NCBI GenBank assembly: GCA_036172245.1
Contig: JAYWIR010000040.1
Span: forward strand, 496,001-560,000
Length of the DNA: 64,000 nucleotides
Direction: 5' to 3'
Source of the DNA: Raillietiella orientalis
Lineage: Eukaryota
In this document: in pieces, positions 24,186 to 36,115 of the stretch
Numbering within the stretch: the first letter of the stretch is position 1
Layout of the letters: every line of letters begins with the position of its first letter
The notes under the pieces: model-generated
Told to the model about the DNA's origin: nothing
Databases searched by the model: none
What the model saw: the letters and a program-made list of their open reading frames with translations, nothing else
Program-made: the position numbers and the translations under genes

Positions 24186-27100
24186 GAGCAAACTCTTCAG
24201 AGTGTCGATTCAACACGCATTTTCACCAAGGGTGGACTTGGTGCTTTTTTTTTTTTTTGCTGAGCTTTCAACTTCGTGTCGCCACTGCGACTAGGCAGCC
24301 GAATCACGACATCGTGGAACGAAGGCGCGGCTCTTCCAGATTGTGAGCAGCTGTTCCAAGGGAACACGTAATACAGGAGCGACATCTCTTTGCATATTGC
24401 ACTATTCGGGTGCATTTGAGGATCGAACCCAATTCAGGCACGGCAAACGCAGGTGAACCGTGTCAGCCGGCGGTAACAAGATGCGAAAAAGAAAAAGAAA
24501 AACTGAAAACCAGAATGGAGCTTCCTGTTTCCAAAGAGGTTGTGAAGATGCCCATCTCTAAGCTAAAGAACTCATCAGACTCCTCATCTTTGGATCAAAA
24601 AAGAGCACTTTCATTTTGAACGTTTCTGTGTTTAGAAGCAACTGATTGTTTGCATATTGATTTCACCCTCGGACTCTTGTTCTCCCGTGAGAAATGTCTG
24701 TTTCGAAAGGTGCAAGTCCGTTTCCTGCATTCCAGGATCAACCAGCCTTGCAAGGAGCTCCGTCTATAAGGCGTACTGAGTTGAAACACGCACACTGTGA
24801 AAGGATCATTGTGCCAGCGTCACTATGTCTTTCGATGTCCTTTCAACAGCACCAAAAAGTTGGAAGAGCTCCAAAACGAGTGCTCCCAACAGAAATCACA
24901 TTAATCCTTTTTGTTATGCCCAGTACTTCTGAGGTTTCTAGGGACAGCAAAGAAAGTCATCAAGGCGCAAAGTTGGAGTACTTATGAAACAGTTCAGTAA
25001 AACTGGAGATCATGCTATTCGCTTATTTTCCAGAGGTCACTATGGACCGGGAAAAAAGATGTTTATCAGTCCAGGCTTTGCACATCCTTGACTGGGGCAC
25101 TTGCTTTCTGAAGAGGTGAGTCTCCAAGCTACAAGACTGCATATCTTTTAGAGTTCACAGTGCTTCGCCACTTGAAGTCATTTGACAGTGTACCCAGACG
25201 AAACTCCACTAACTAATCTTTCGAGCAGGTCACTCCTGTTTCTGCTCTTATCAAGTGAGAACGCATGCCTCGGACTCCGCAGGCGTCTTGATAGCCAAAT
25301 GATCTACCAGTTACTCGACTCACGTCACACCCGCGGGATCGTGGTCAGATCTGTGTGCGACAAGCACTCAGAAAGGATATTCGATCAATTCTCCTTGGAT
25401 GCGTGAGCCCCCTGGATCTCTAGCGGCAAACATCCCAACGGCTCCTTGGAACCATTCCCGATTCGACTACAGTGTCACTGGCTTCTGGAGTTCACCATTC
25501 TCAAAGCTTCCTGGCTTTTCATACCAGTGAAGGTAACCACGAATAGGATGGTCATCTATGAAGATGCCAATCAACGCATGCCGACACAATCCTTATGGGA
25601 TATTTCGAGACTGGGGCGTTTCTTGAAATGTACACATAAGTACACTTAGGAAGTTTGAATTTACAAGATGCCATCGGGTTTTAGAGAAAAGCAGCTCCGT
25701 GGCTCCTTTGAAAAGACATTCCTGATCACATTGATTGTTTCGTTTCGATTTACCTTGGTTTCTTCGGCCGCACTCGGATTTCCCGGAAGCCAATCTTGAG
25801 CAGTTGTGCTCATGGACCAGGGTCTCACGTCTCGAAGCAACTTCGTCGGACACTGAATGAGTTCGAGTCGTCCTTACCGCAAAGTGTGAGTCCACTCACA
25901 ATACTCCATCTAACAGCTCAGGGGATGCACATGGCATCAGTACTGTTTTGCCCACCCTCCATTGGTGCTTCATAGAAGGGTGGCATGCCCTGCCTCTCTA
26001 GCTGGCAAACCGCTCAGCTGGTCCGCTTGTTACGTGCCTGCTCCAGCCGATGGCTTTCGGTAGCTGCGACTCAAAGGGCCTCCGCGTTGAGCAGGTTCGG
26101 CACTGCACTACCTGCTTCTAGCTCGGATGAGGAGAAACGAGAGAGGAGGCAAGGGGTCATTGTCCAGGAGTGGTCAAGCGCGCTGGGGTTTTTTCGTTTC
26201 CCGTCCGCTTCGGCGACGTTCCTGCATTTCCATGCACTCAGCTTCTCAACAGCATTTCCTTCCGGAGTCCGCTCACGCTGAGTTTCCGATCGCTTGGGTT
26301 ACCCACGAAGAGCAACGAACACTCTTCACGAGGCAGTTTGCCAGCAACATCTAGCGCCAGTGCCCCACATTATCACTGCTTTCCTTGCATTCCATCATCT
26401 GCTTGCCGACGTTCGAAGTGCACTTGCAGTTTGGGATAAGAGGGTGGCGAGCACTCTTTGCTCACGTTTGTCGTAACTCCAACGAAGAACGGAGGGGGGA
26501 GGAAGAATGAGCCTGAAACACCCGGGGCAAAGTCGGGAACGTGCGGAAACATGAAAAACAGTCGAAGAAGGTCCGGAATTTTTTTTTTTTTTAGCGAGAA
26601 GAATTTCATGAGCGGGACCACCCTGAGTAGCTCTTTCGTGCCTCAACATCACCCTGGATTTCCTTCCGGGATCTTCTGAAGTTCGTTGTCAGAAGGAATG
26701 GCGCTTCGAAGCCTCTGTGCGCGGAATTGCACTTTCATCACTGCGAGGCACGACCATCAGGTAGAAGAAGCGGAGCAGGAAAGCGGTGGCGGTGGCTTCT
26801 TCGCCAGCCAACACCGAAAGCTGACTCTAGGCTCCTGTCGGACCTAGTTCTCCAGAAGCGGTGTCGAGTCGTCGGACTCTCGCGAGGACTCGGTACCGGT
26901 GCCGCAAGAAGTCTGACAAAGGAAACGGCAGAATCAATCGAATCGTTTCTTTGTCTGTAGAGGAATAGGGTATGATGGATGGTAGCACGCTCAGAGCATC
27001 TCTCGCACATATGGAATACACCTAAAGCAGAAGATGAGCGCCAATGTTCCGCGCAACTCTAACATACATTGGGTACAGTGTCCGAGCTGCTGGAAGGTGC

Positions 27101-30100
27101 CCTTTACATCGACCACCATGAACACCAGGAAATGTTTCCAGCTTAGAAATGATGTCAGGAGTTATGGACAGTGGAAAGACAGGCTCTCAGCCTATTGAAA
27201 ACAGACTGGACCCTCGACGAAGATCAGAAGATCGAAGACCTTTGATGCACATACGAGAAGGAAACTCGCCGCTGGGATGCGGGCTCTGCAACGCTGGAAG
27301 GTATGGCACTCTCTCGTAGAGGAAGAGCAGTGGAAAGCGCACGTCCTGCGTTGTTTGGCGCCGCACTTCAAGACACCCCCACACAGAGTGGGTCACATGC
27401 CGTCTCTGATTGCCGCTTTGTGCATCGGACTCGACCAAATGTAACTGCATTTTGGTCACATGGAAGACATGACGACCACATGTCTAGCCTGAGGGCACTC
27501 CCTGCAAAACGTGCACGACCACTACACGATCATCAGCGGTGCAATCACCGAATCCCACGATGAGCCCGTGGGCAAGCTCAGAAGAGTGGCGGTGGATGGA
27601 GCACCGGGAAGTACTAGCATCCGCGCAGCACATAAAACTGGGGCTCGATGCAGCGTAATCCTGCCTCATCTGATGCTGCAAGGCAAGAACAGGATGGCCC
27701 AAATGAAAGGGCTCTTGAAGATGCCGAAGAGGTCGCAGGCAGTAATCCTGGATGCAGGCAGCCAGAGCGACCGCGGAAGAAGGTGTAGGTGGAACGCGTG
27801 GATAACGCTGGAATTTCCCCACCTCTTCCACCTGCTCCGACAGTCTGCTTGTGTCTCGCACCAGCACTTCCTTTTGTGAACCGCCCGACCGGGTGAGTGA
27901 CCAGGCGACGGAGAGTCACCGGGGTCGACGCAGAAGTAGCAAGTCTTCGCACCCCTGATGTTCTCATCCTTCGTCTCTGTGTTTTCAAACAGAAAGCGGC
28001 CCTCCTCACCACTCCACCTAGGACAGCCAGCCTTGAGGCACCTCCGAAGAGTGGCAGAGAAATCCTCATCTCGATGAAAAAATGCGTGGAAGATGGCGCT
28101 GTCGTCGCACCGATAGGTTTTGCCCCTTAGGTTCCCAGCGCTTTAGGGAGTTCAACCTGTGGTTCCCAAAAGTCGTTTCCATGACGCAACAAGATTCTTA
28201 CGGCAGCAGGGACGTTTCAAGGCTCATATTTTTTTTTTTTGGTACAAGGCAAGGTCAACTGCGCATCATCTCTGAACATTTCACGCAGAGATCCTTTCGT
28301 TTCATTTTTTTTTTTTTTTTTTTTTCGGACCCTGAAAAGCTCTGCTGAAATGCAAATTAAAGCGACAAGATCAAAAAAAAAAAGAGAGAGAGAGGGAAAG
28401 AGAGAGAGAGAGAGAGGTGCTCATCTCTCTCTCTCTCTTTCTGAATCGAGTTCCTATTCCGCACCATTGTAACCTCCGCGAGCCTGTTGACATGTCCTAT
28501 GTATTGCGTCACTCTTTGAGAGGTGACTTTTTGCCATTCTGCGAATGTGGAATCTCAGGCACCAAAAGGAGGGAAAATTCTAACGGCATCTCCAGTTTTA
28601 TTCTTGCCTCTGTGTCAAGAACATTGCGAGATGCGAGCCGCAACAGTGATCGCGGTCCTGATTGTAAGTACAGTTTCGTTCCTTTGCGCAAGAGCGGATG
28701 CGAGGTGAGCCGAGCTCATAGCGGACCCCCAGCGTGCTTGGCCAAGCGATGGTTCCGGGGCGGTCGATAAGGACGAAGAATCGTCCACTCCAGCATCCCG
28801 CACCGCCGTATTGTTATTTTCTTTCTTTCCTCCTGGAGATATCCACACAGTATCCGGGAAGGGCTCCCCGCCCTCCCCAGCGTATCCGTGCTCGGAATGA
28901 AATGCGCAGCCTGTCCTCCGCTTCGTCGTGATCCGCGCGGAGGTACCGCTTCTTCGCTTTCAGTGAGAGAGGATGCCGCATGAGAGAATCGGTCCGCCCT
29001 CCGTCTCTCCCGCAAGCAGAGGCTCCGCCCGCCGCTTCTGGAAATGATCGGTGGCGACTGCTGCAACCTGGAGCGCGCCGCTTCCCGGATGGCTTCCCGA
29101 CGGGGTCCCAAAGCGCTGCAACAGCAGCGATCGTGAAGAGTGGCAAGACGATCACCACCCCACCCTCACCCCTCTTCCCCCGGGAACGGAAGCCTCCGTG
29201 GAACCGGAGGAGGGACACTCGCAGCGGATTGCAAAACATCCGAAAACCTCCGTGCCGGTGTTCCCCCCTTGCTAGTGACGTCCGTGTGCCTCTCCGACAT
29301 GGCTGCCGACCATTAGACACGCATCCCGCCGGTGCTAAGGTGTTCTGGAGGCATCTTGCGGTTATGAGGAGAGGAGGTACGCTCCAGGAGGTCTGTCGCT
29401 TTCGGGGATGGGAAGAAGAGAAGACTCGTGATGCGATCGCAACAGCCTCATCAACGTAGAGAACCCATCCCGGGAGAATGAGCGAGCGTCGAAGATCTTC
29501 CAGGGTGCCCGGGCAAGGGACCAATAGCAATGCGCAAGAGTGCCACAAGTGGCCGATCATCAGTTCGCTCCACAGACGTTAATCGCAGTTGCCAGAGGTT
29601 CACAGGGACACATCCGACGTCCCTACGGCGGCGTCCCGAGCTCTGCACGGGCTGTTTGCTCATCTCCGACCGGAAAAAAAAAAAGAAAGAAAAAGAGATT
29701 GTTCTGAAGTCCACAGCAAGTTCACTCTGCTGTTGAGAGAAAGTTGGCCCCTGCCTCCGGGCTGGTTCGGTCCAACAGCAAGCTTCCTGCATCCGACGAC
29801 AAGCAGGAACGACGCGAAGAGCATCAGGACGCCATGCTGGTCCGGCCGCTTTCCAGAACGCAGAACGCGTCTTCTGCTCTATGATTCTCCCGCACGAGAG
29901 TCTTGCAAGACCCAAAGGACTTCAGAGGACTACCATAGAAGTTTTCTTTTTTTTTTTCTCGGATGTTTCTCCTCTGCTCGCATCCTTATTTCCAGAGGCT
30001 GAATTTCCTTTGAACGATGCAGAACCAAAGTATAGATCCTTCAAATGATTCATTGATGATCCATGATGTGATCTGACAGATGTACGAAGTAACTCAGGAT

Positions 30101-30519
30101 GCAGTTTGATATCCTCCTTTATGCTCTTAATGGACATGGAGGAGGATGAAGAGCATCGGCAAACGACTGATCAAGTAAAGCTGTCGCATCCGATGGTCCA
30201 TTATCCGTCCCTGCTTCCCGCGTGTGTACTTTTCAAGCAGCCAGTGCTGAATCCGATATGCTTTTCCAACTGTTGCGTTAGCGACGCGGCAGTTGGAATT
30301 CCGGGATGCTGGCGCGCTGCAGCATTCGTGTTCCACAGAGAATCGAAGAGCGCGCGAACGGTACGTCGGCCTTCCGCTTTCTTGCGACCCCATTAAGAAG
30401 TGGGAGTGTCCATGGAAATGAGGACTGGCCCACTACCCGAGTTCCGACTGGGTGGGAGCGATTTGCCGCGGTATCCAACGCTTCCCCTCTAAGGATCCTC
30501 CTCCGACAGTCCAGACTCT

Positions 30520-30976
30520 CAAGATGACGCCGGTTGGCCTCGGTTGGCTTCGGGTTTGGTACTGGTGGAACCGGATGCCCCCGTTGACTGGCCAGGATTG
30601 AAAGTGGATCCTCCGTCTTCTCTCTAGGAATCCAGGAGCACAAGTTCCCTTCGGAGTTCCCCTCCGTTTGTGAAAATGGAGTCATTCCCTTCCTCGAGGA
30701 GGGACCTTCCGTGGCGCACCATCGCATACCATGGAGCTGGTTGATACCCCCCTCTGGGGGTTGTCTCTCCAGAGTGCAAGAAGAGCGCTGCTGCCTTCGG
30801 AAGCATCCCTTCGGGGTTCTCTTCAGAGGAGCACCAACAAAAGCCAGAAAAGCCAACAGAAATTCCAGGAGCGGATACATTTCAAAGTCCTTTTGGAGAA
30901 GAAGTTAAGATCGATCCTCTTTGGAGCATCCCTCCGGAGGGAATCGGGACGAGGTTCCCTTCAGAGGCAACCAGGA
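30520..30976 (+). mobile_element. SINE-like repeat, copy 2 (5' head missing or decayed)
   Basis: About 260 bp (30574-30830) aligns closely with 7313-7580; looser similarity extends on both sides. No intact B-box. Ends approximate. Confidence 0.7.
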
Positions 30977-32952
30977 AGATCTCCACCATCCAGATATCCC
31001 GGGCAGCTTGAACCCAAACCGACATGAGAGCTCGCTCAGCGGGGAGCAAATCTTCTCTGGACCTCTTAGAACGTTCGCAAAGCACCAGTTTGATTCAGCG
31101 ATCTCATCTGCGCTGAAGAACTTCCCGCTTGGGAGTCGCCTCTGCGCTCTCGCGATGCCCTGTGCCATCCAGTTTCCTCTCGTCCCCCCACCTTCCAAGC
31201 CAAAACCTATATTCAAAAGCGATTTTTAGTGTGTGCGTGTCTTCCCCACGCTGTTTCGGCGATCCCACCTGGTCCTCATGGAAACTGCTTCGTCATCCTC
31301 GATTCCGCTCCTGATTGGCGTTCCTGCGCTTCCCCCTCGTGTTCTTATCTCGGCGTGGAGACGTGCAACCAGCGAGGAGAAAAGAGGGAAGCACTTGCGG
31401 TCCACCCCAACCCGGATGCTTCTCTTCGCCACGCGCCCTACGCGCATCCAGCACGCCGGGTGCGAGATCGTTGAACCGCGATGCCCTTTGACAGTTCCGC
31501 CGGAAAATCTGGCTCCCCAGAGAGAAGAGAACCCTTTCGGCGCGGGGGCAGCGAATCTTCCAGCAAACCAGATCCCAGCTCCCGCTTCTCTCCGTCGGCC
31601 TGCTCCAGGATGTAGGACGAGTGTTTGCGGGAGTTGTGCTAGGGAAGCTTCCGTGGCAACCTGCCCCCTTTCTCAGAGAAAGGAGCAATTGGTCCTGGAT
31701 AGCTCTTCCTTCCATTATCAGTGATGGAAGGAAGAGATGTGACATCCAGTGATGACATCCAGTCGCGCGCCAAGTCGCTGCATTTCGCTCTGAGAGTTTG
31801 GTCTTTTCGGCGGCACCGTCCGATGCCGCTGGTACCTTCGATGCCTGGAACAAAGTTTAGGTGCCGAAGCCCTAGGAGTCCTATAAGCGCCCACTACCGG
31901 AATGTCTGCGTAGGGGCGCAGATGGGCCGCTCCACGGGAACGGGTCACTGCACGGTGAGCCATACCAGAGAGCCATTGCGCTGGTAGCTGAGAGGATCCT
32001 GGTGTTTGCAGGCTCTCTCCAAAGATGAAGCCCAGGTGCAAGTTCAAGGCGGAGCTGCGGGTCAGGGACGACCGCGTTGATACGCAGTACGAAGAGCTAC
32101 TTGCATCCGCAAGAGAATCGTTTGGAAAGTAAGCACGGGCACAGAGAGTTGTCGGCCTTCTTCAGCAGGATAGCATCCTGAGTTTTACGTGCAGGGAAGC
32201 AGAGGGGAGTCCTCCTCCGGGAAACGGGAAACTTTTTTCCTCTGAGTGGCATCTGGAATCTCCTTTCAAGTGTTGCCATCGGCAAAATGGCGTCAAGTCT
32301 CTCTCCTTGCTTTCTGCCTGCCCGGTTCCTCAACGTGAGACACGGACGAAGGCAATGGAAATCCAGGATTTTTTCTTCCTAGCTCTGTCCTGCTTCTTTC
32401 CCCTTGGGAGGTTGCTCCCATTGTTTTTCGTCACGATGCTCCCTTCCTTATCATGACTCCGTGCGGTCTTCGAGCAAAGAGAGTTGGGGAATCCGTGGAC
32501 TTCCTCGTATCCCTGGCTTTGCCAGTGGGCGCCCTGAAGCGACAACCTCTTCCCTCTGGCACGAAGAGGATCGTTTTGGGTGTCGGAACCTTCGAGGTTC
32601 CATTGCCCAAAACCAGGCCTTTCCGCAGTGGGAACAACGGGAGTTTGACGTTTGCGACGCAATTGCCTGGTGGCTTGTTCAGGTCGTGAATGACTTTCGA
32701 TTCCCGAGACTTGAAGGGATGGTTGTTTTTTCGAATAGAACGTACCTTGTGGCATATCTGTGCATCTGGGGAGGGACGGAGGCTGAATCTCAATGCAACA
32801 AAAGTCGTTATCTACGCTCTGCTACTTTATGTTTGTTTTCCACGAGAGAAACCCCTCAGAGGACAGGAGAGTGAAGGAACTCTCGAGAGAAAATGCTGAG
32901 GGGCTTTTTTTTTGTTCACTGCGCCTGAAAATGATGTTTTTTCCATTTGCAG

Positions 32953-32999
32953 ATTGGAGTCTTTCTTCTGGTCACCAACGGACAAGAAGAGAACGTGCG
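32953..32999 (+). CDS. Candidate signal-peptide exon (IGVFLLVTNGQEENVR), possibly the 5' part of paralogue 1
   Basis: Strong acceptor tttttccatttgcag|ATT and donor CG|gtatga. Hydrophobic stretch ending in TNG. Linkage to downstream exons not established. Confidence 0.35.
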
Positions 33000-35036
33000 G
33001 TATGATCTTATTTATGTTCATCTTCCTTTTCATGATACCCAGATCTGAAGCAAAAAGTAGCGACTCCTTTTCATCAGTGTTTCTTTGTGAGGAGACAGTC
33101 CGCTTTGAGCTTTCCCCACCAGATTTATCTGTGCACCGTGGATTTTGCAGACTAGATTTCGCATCCGTGTTTCCACCGTTGAGCTCCACCGTGCGTGTTC
33201 GGTCCCGAAGCACACAGATTCATTCGCGTTTACCTTTTTACACTTGACATGCCAGGGACGTGTCACGTGAGGGGCAATTTTCTACCGTCTTCGCTGCCCA
33301 GCTCCATCTTCGTTAGATCCTTACCTCGAGGCTTTGATTCTATGGGTGCTTTCTTTATCTCAGCCGGTGAAGAGGACCTTTGCCTTCACCTCTTCATGAT
33401 CGATGCGGAGACAGGGTAAAATACAAAATCATTTGCTAGGCAGATTTGTTAATTCTGGTAAACAGGAGTCATGCAACTGACAGCTGGAGGCACTTGATAA
33501 ACCAAATGCAGAACGTCTCCGAAAAGGGAATCCACCCACCATCTGCACTCCCCGCGAAAGCGCCACTCTTATTCATCGAAAAGAGTGACTTCTTCTCCTG
33601 GTTCTTTTTTGACCTTCGGAAGTCTGAATGAGTTTGATGCTGGACTTTCACTATGCCTTCATGGGAGGAGGAGAAGCAAAAAGAAGTGAATTACTGGACT
33701 GACTCGGCAGCTGCGCATGCTTTCTTTCGTGAATTCCTGCTTCTTGCAACCTGTCAGGCAGTCTTCAATGTCCAGGTCCCAGGTCCAAGAGCTTCGTAGA
33801 CTCTTCAGATTCAAGGCGTTAGGGAAGAAAGTGCAAGGAGAGAATCGGATGAAAATTACGATCTTCGATCTGCATCGAGAGATGGCTGGAGAAAGTGTCT
33901 CAATGCCTCAAGGATGAGAATTTTCGAGACAGAGCTAGGGCATCCAAAGAATCTCCAGCTACGTCTCTGCAGCTGGTGCATTTCGCAAGAGCAGCACTGC
34001 TTTTTCGGAAAGATTTGTTGTTTCCTCGTGTCTGTGATGGCACGCAAGAGCTCCGTGCTCACTTCGGGCCCTGCCTCCTTGGTGGGTAAATTCGGCGTTG
34101 TTCTTCCCTCCTCTTCTTGCCCGGACCCTCTTCTCTCTCCTCGTTTTTTTCTATGAAAATTAGACAAACCCTGGGAAAGCAAATCACGTAAAGGAGGATG
34201 ACGACTGGATGAAGGCATCATTCGAAGAAAGGCTAACCTTCCAGTCCTATCGAGACAACCGATGGACTGACCAAAATCCCACCACCGGGATCCCAAAGAG
34301 CTCTTCCGCTTTCGTGCTTGCATCTCCTGTACATCTTGGAGACGCACTTCCCCTTCCACTGAGAAGGGAACCTACTCTTCCTCTACGATATCTTCCGTAT
34401 CCCCATTCATCTGTTTTCTAATTCTTCTAGCCTACTTCGACGGTTCCTTGAAAGCACCTCTGAATGATTGTCCCACTCCCTTACGGTCATCTCAACGTGC
34501 CCTTGACTATCATTTGTCACTCTTCCGGATGCTGCTGGAATCACGTGTGGCAGTCAGCTTTAAGCTATTCTCTTCCTTTCTTAGGATTTGCTTCATCACT
34601 TGAATTTCATTACCCTTCGAGCTTGTTCCTGAATGCATGATGCACTTTCCCTCGCTCTTATTCTCAAGTGCAGCATTACGTCCAATCAAAATTCGAGCAC
34701 GCGGATATCAAGCGAAAGCAATCCCGGAAAGTGATCTCGAACCGGGAAGCAACATCACGACTTATCGTGCGGTATCATCCTTACTTCCTTTCTACGAATC
34801 ACTTCCTTGATGCCTTTGCTTCCCTACCTCTGTACCCTCCCGAATTCTCCAACGGCCCATCAAGGGAGTTGTTCCCGGTTCGTTCCGAATTGGGGGAGCC
34901 GATTTCGCGCTCAGATACCCGATTTAATTCGACTACAAGACCAAAGTCAAACTGGACGAATGTGCTTGCATGCTGCGTGGAGGCCATCGTGTGCTCCTGG
35001 GGCGACTGGAGAGCCTCCGATGGGAACCCAAATTAG

Positions 35037-35092
35037 GAGGCGTTTCCAGTGCTGCCCACACAGGAAGGGCAAATTCCAGGAAATCTGCTACC
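35037..35092 (+). CDS. Unknown paralogue 1, candidate short exon (EAFPVLPTQEGQIPGNLLP) just before block A
   Basis: Donor CC|gtaagg (phase 2) fits the next exon; acceptor aattag is weak. Confidence 0.35.
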
Positions 35093-35098
35093 GTAAGG

Positions 35099-35322
35099 TG
35101 CGCGGTAACCGGAAGAGAGAGGAAATGTCCTTACGTCTTGTCTCTCTTGGTGCGGAAGCTTGCTGCTGGATGCTTTATCCCTCGCAGGGCTATGCCTTCC
35201 TGGTGGAAACCTGTTTCTTGGGGACCAAAGAGCGTCGCTTGCTTCGGATGCGGCTGAGGCAATTGAGTTCCTACACGACATGGGCAAAATGTGTTTTCCC
35301 TGATCTCGTCATCCACAAAAGT
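35099..35322 (+). repeat. Block A, copy 1 (224 bp)
   Basis: Ungapped match to 44017-44240; two mismatches seen. Confidence 0.95.
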
Positions 35323-35364
35323 CCAAAACTGATGACTCCTCTTTCTGAGACTAAATTCGATCAG

Positions 35365-35585
35365 AGTTCAAGAAAGCACCTCAACGAAGCCAATCCTTGA
35401 TGGTTCCGTTGAGCTCGGCGAAGTGGAGCTTCCAAGAGACGGGCCGGGAATTCCTGAAGTGTTACCTCCTTCACTTGAAAGAGGAATATATTATGATAGA
35501 ATTCAGCGCCGACACACGGCGATCACACCCAACATTACCATCCATTTAGAGGAGACAAATACGATCGTATCAGTGTCGCAATATG
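35365..35585 (+). CDS. Unknown paralogue 1, candidate exon (VQESTSTKPILDGSVELGEVELPRDGPGIPEVLPPSLERGIYYDRIQRRHTAITPNITIHLEETNTIVSVSQY)
   Basis: Single open frame. RDGPGIPEV and Y...RRHTAIT resemble RDGPPIEV and Y...RRYTGIT of paralogue 2. Acceptor gatcag|A; the donor would be non-canonical G|gcaagt. Confidence 0.5.
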
Positions 35586-35995
35586 GCAAGTGCTCCAGAT
35601 TCGAATTTTGAAATTAATGAGCAAAGAAATAATTTGGTAAGCAGTCCCTTTCTGAATCCTGTGAGAGATTACGCAACACACCCTCCTTTCCGCTGAATTT
35701 TTGCAAATGCTGAAATATTTCGCAAAGACAGAGAAACAAAAATACTATTATAACCCCTAAAGCATTCAAACAAACACGTCATACGTCATACCCTCCTACG
35801 AATGTGACAGTTCACGCTTTTGTGCAACATCATAGTAACAAACTGAGACTACCAGGGAAACAAAACTATATGTGTATAAAGGGGTCAACCACAAACTCCA
35901 TTCAGTTCTGGCAATCCTGGGTCTTCCGAAAGTGAAACCGAAAGCTCACTTACAATGCACGCAGAAAATAATTGTTTTTTTGTTTTCCATCGAAG

Positions 35996-36115
35996 GTTTG
36001 AAGGTGCTGACTTCTTCAATAGTTTTGGAGGACCTACCTATGTAGACCCATGGAGACGAAACACTAGAATAACCTCCAATTCACCCAACCCAGTGTCCAA
36101 TCGCAGACGCATACG
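35996..36115 (+). CDS. Unknown paralogue 1, 'PWRR' exon (FEGADFFNSFGGPTYVDPWRRNTRITSNSPNPVSNRRRIR)
   Basis: T-rich acceptor ttttccatcgaag|G, donor CG|gtaatg. 120 nt, phase 2-2. Homologous to 44388-44516 in the only frame open in both copies, with synonymous changes (TCC/TCA, CGC/CGT). Confidence 0.7.

Noticed and set aside
28383..28437. GA/TC hairpin
   Set aside because: Adjacent complementary microsatellites; low complexity.
35098..35110. GTGCG group II intron 5' end at the start of block A
   Set aside because: Copy 2 reads TTGCG, no domain V/VI was found in A, B or C, and spliceosomal donors explain the boundary.
35329..35356. Hammerhead ribozyme core (CTGATGA)
   Set aside because: No GAAA following stem II, and not shared with copy 2.
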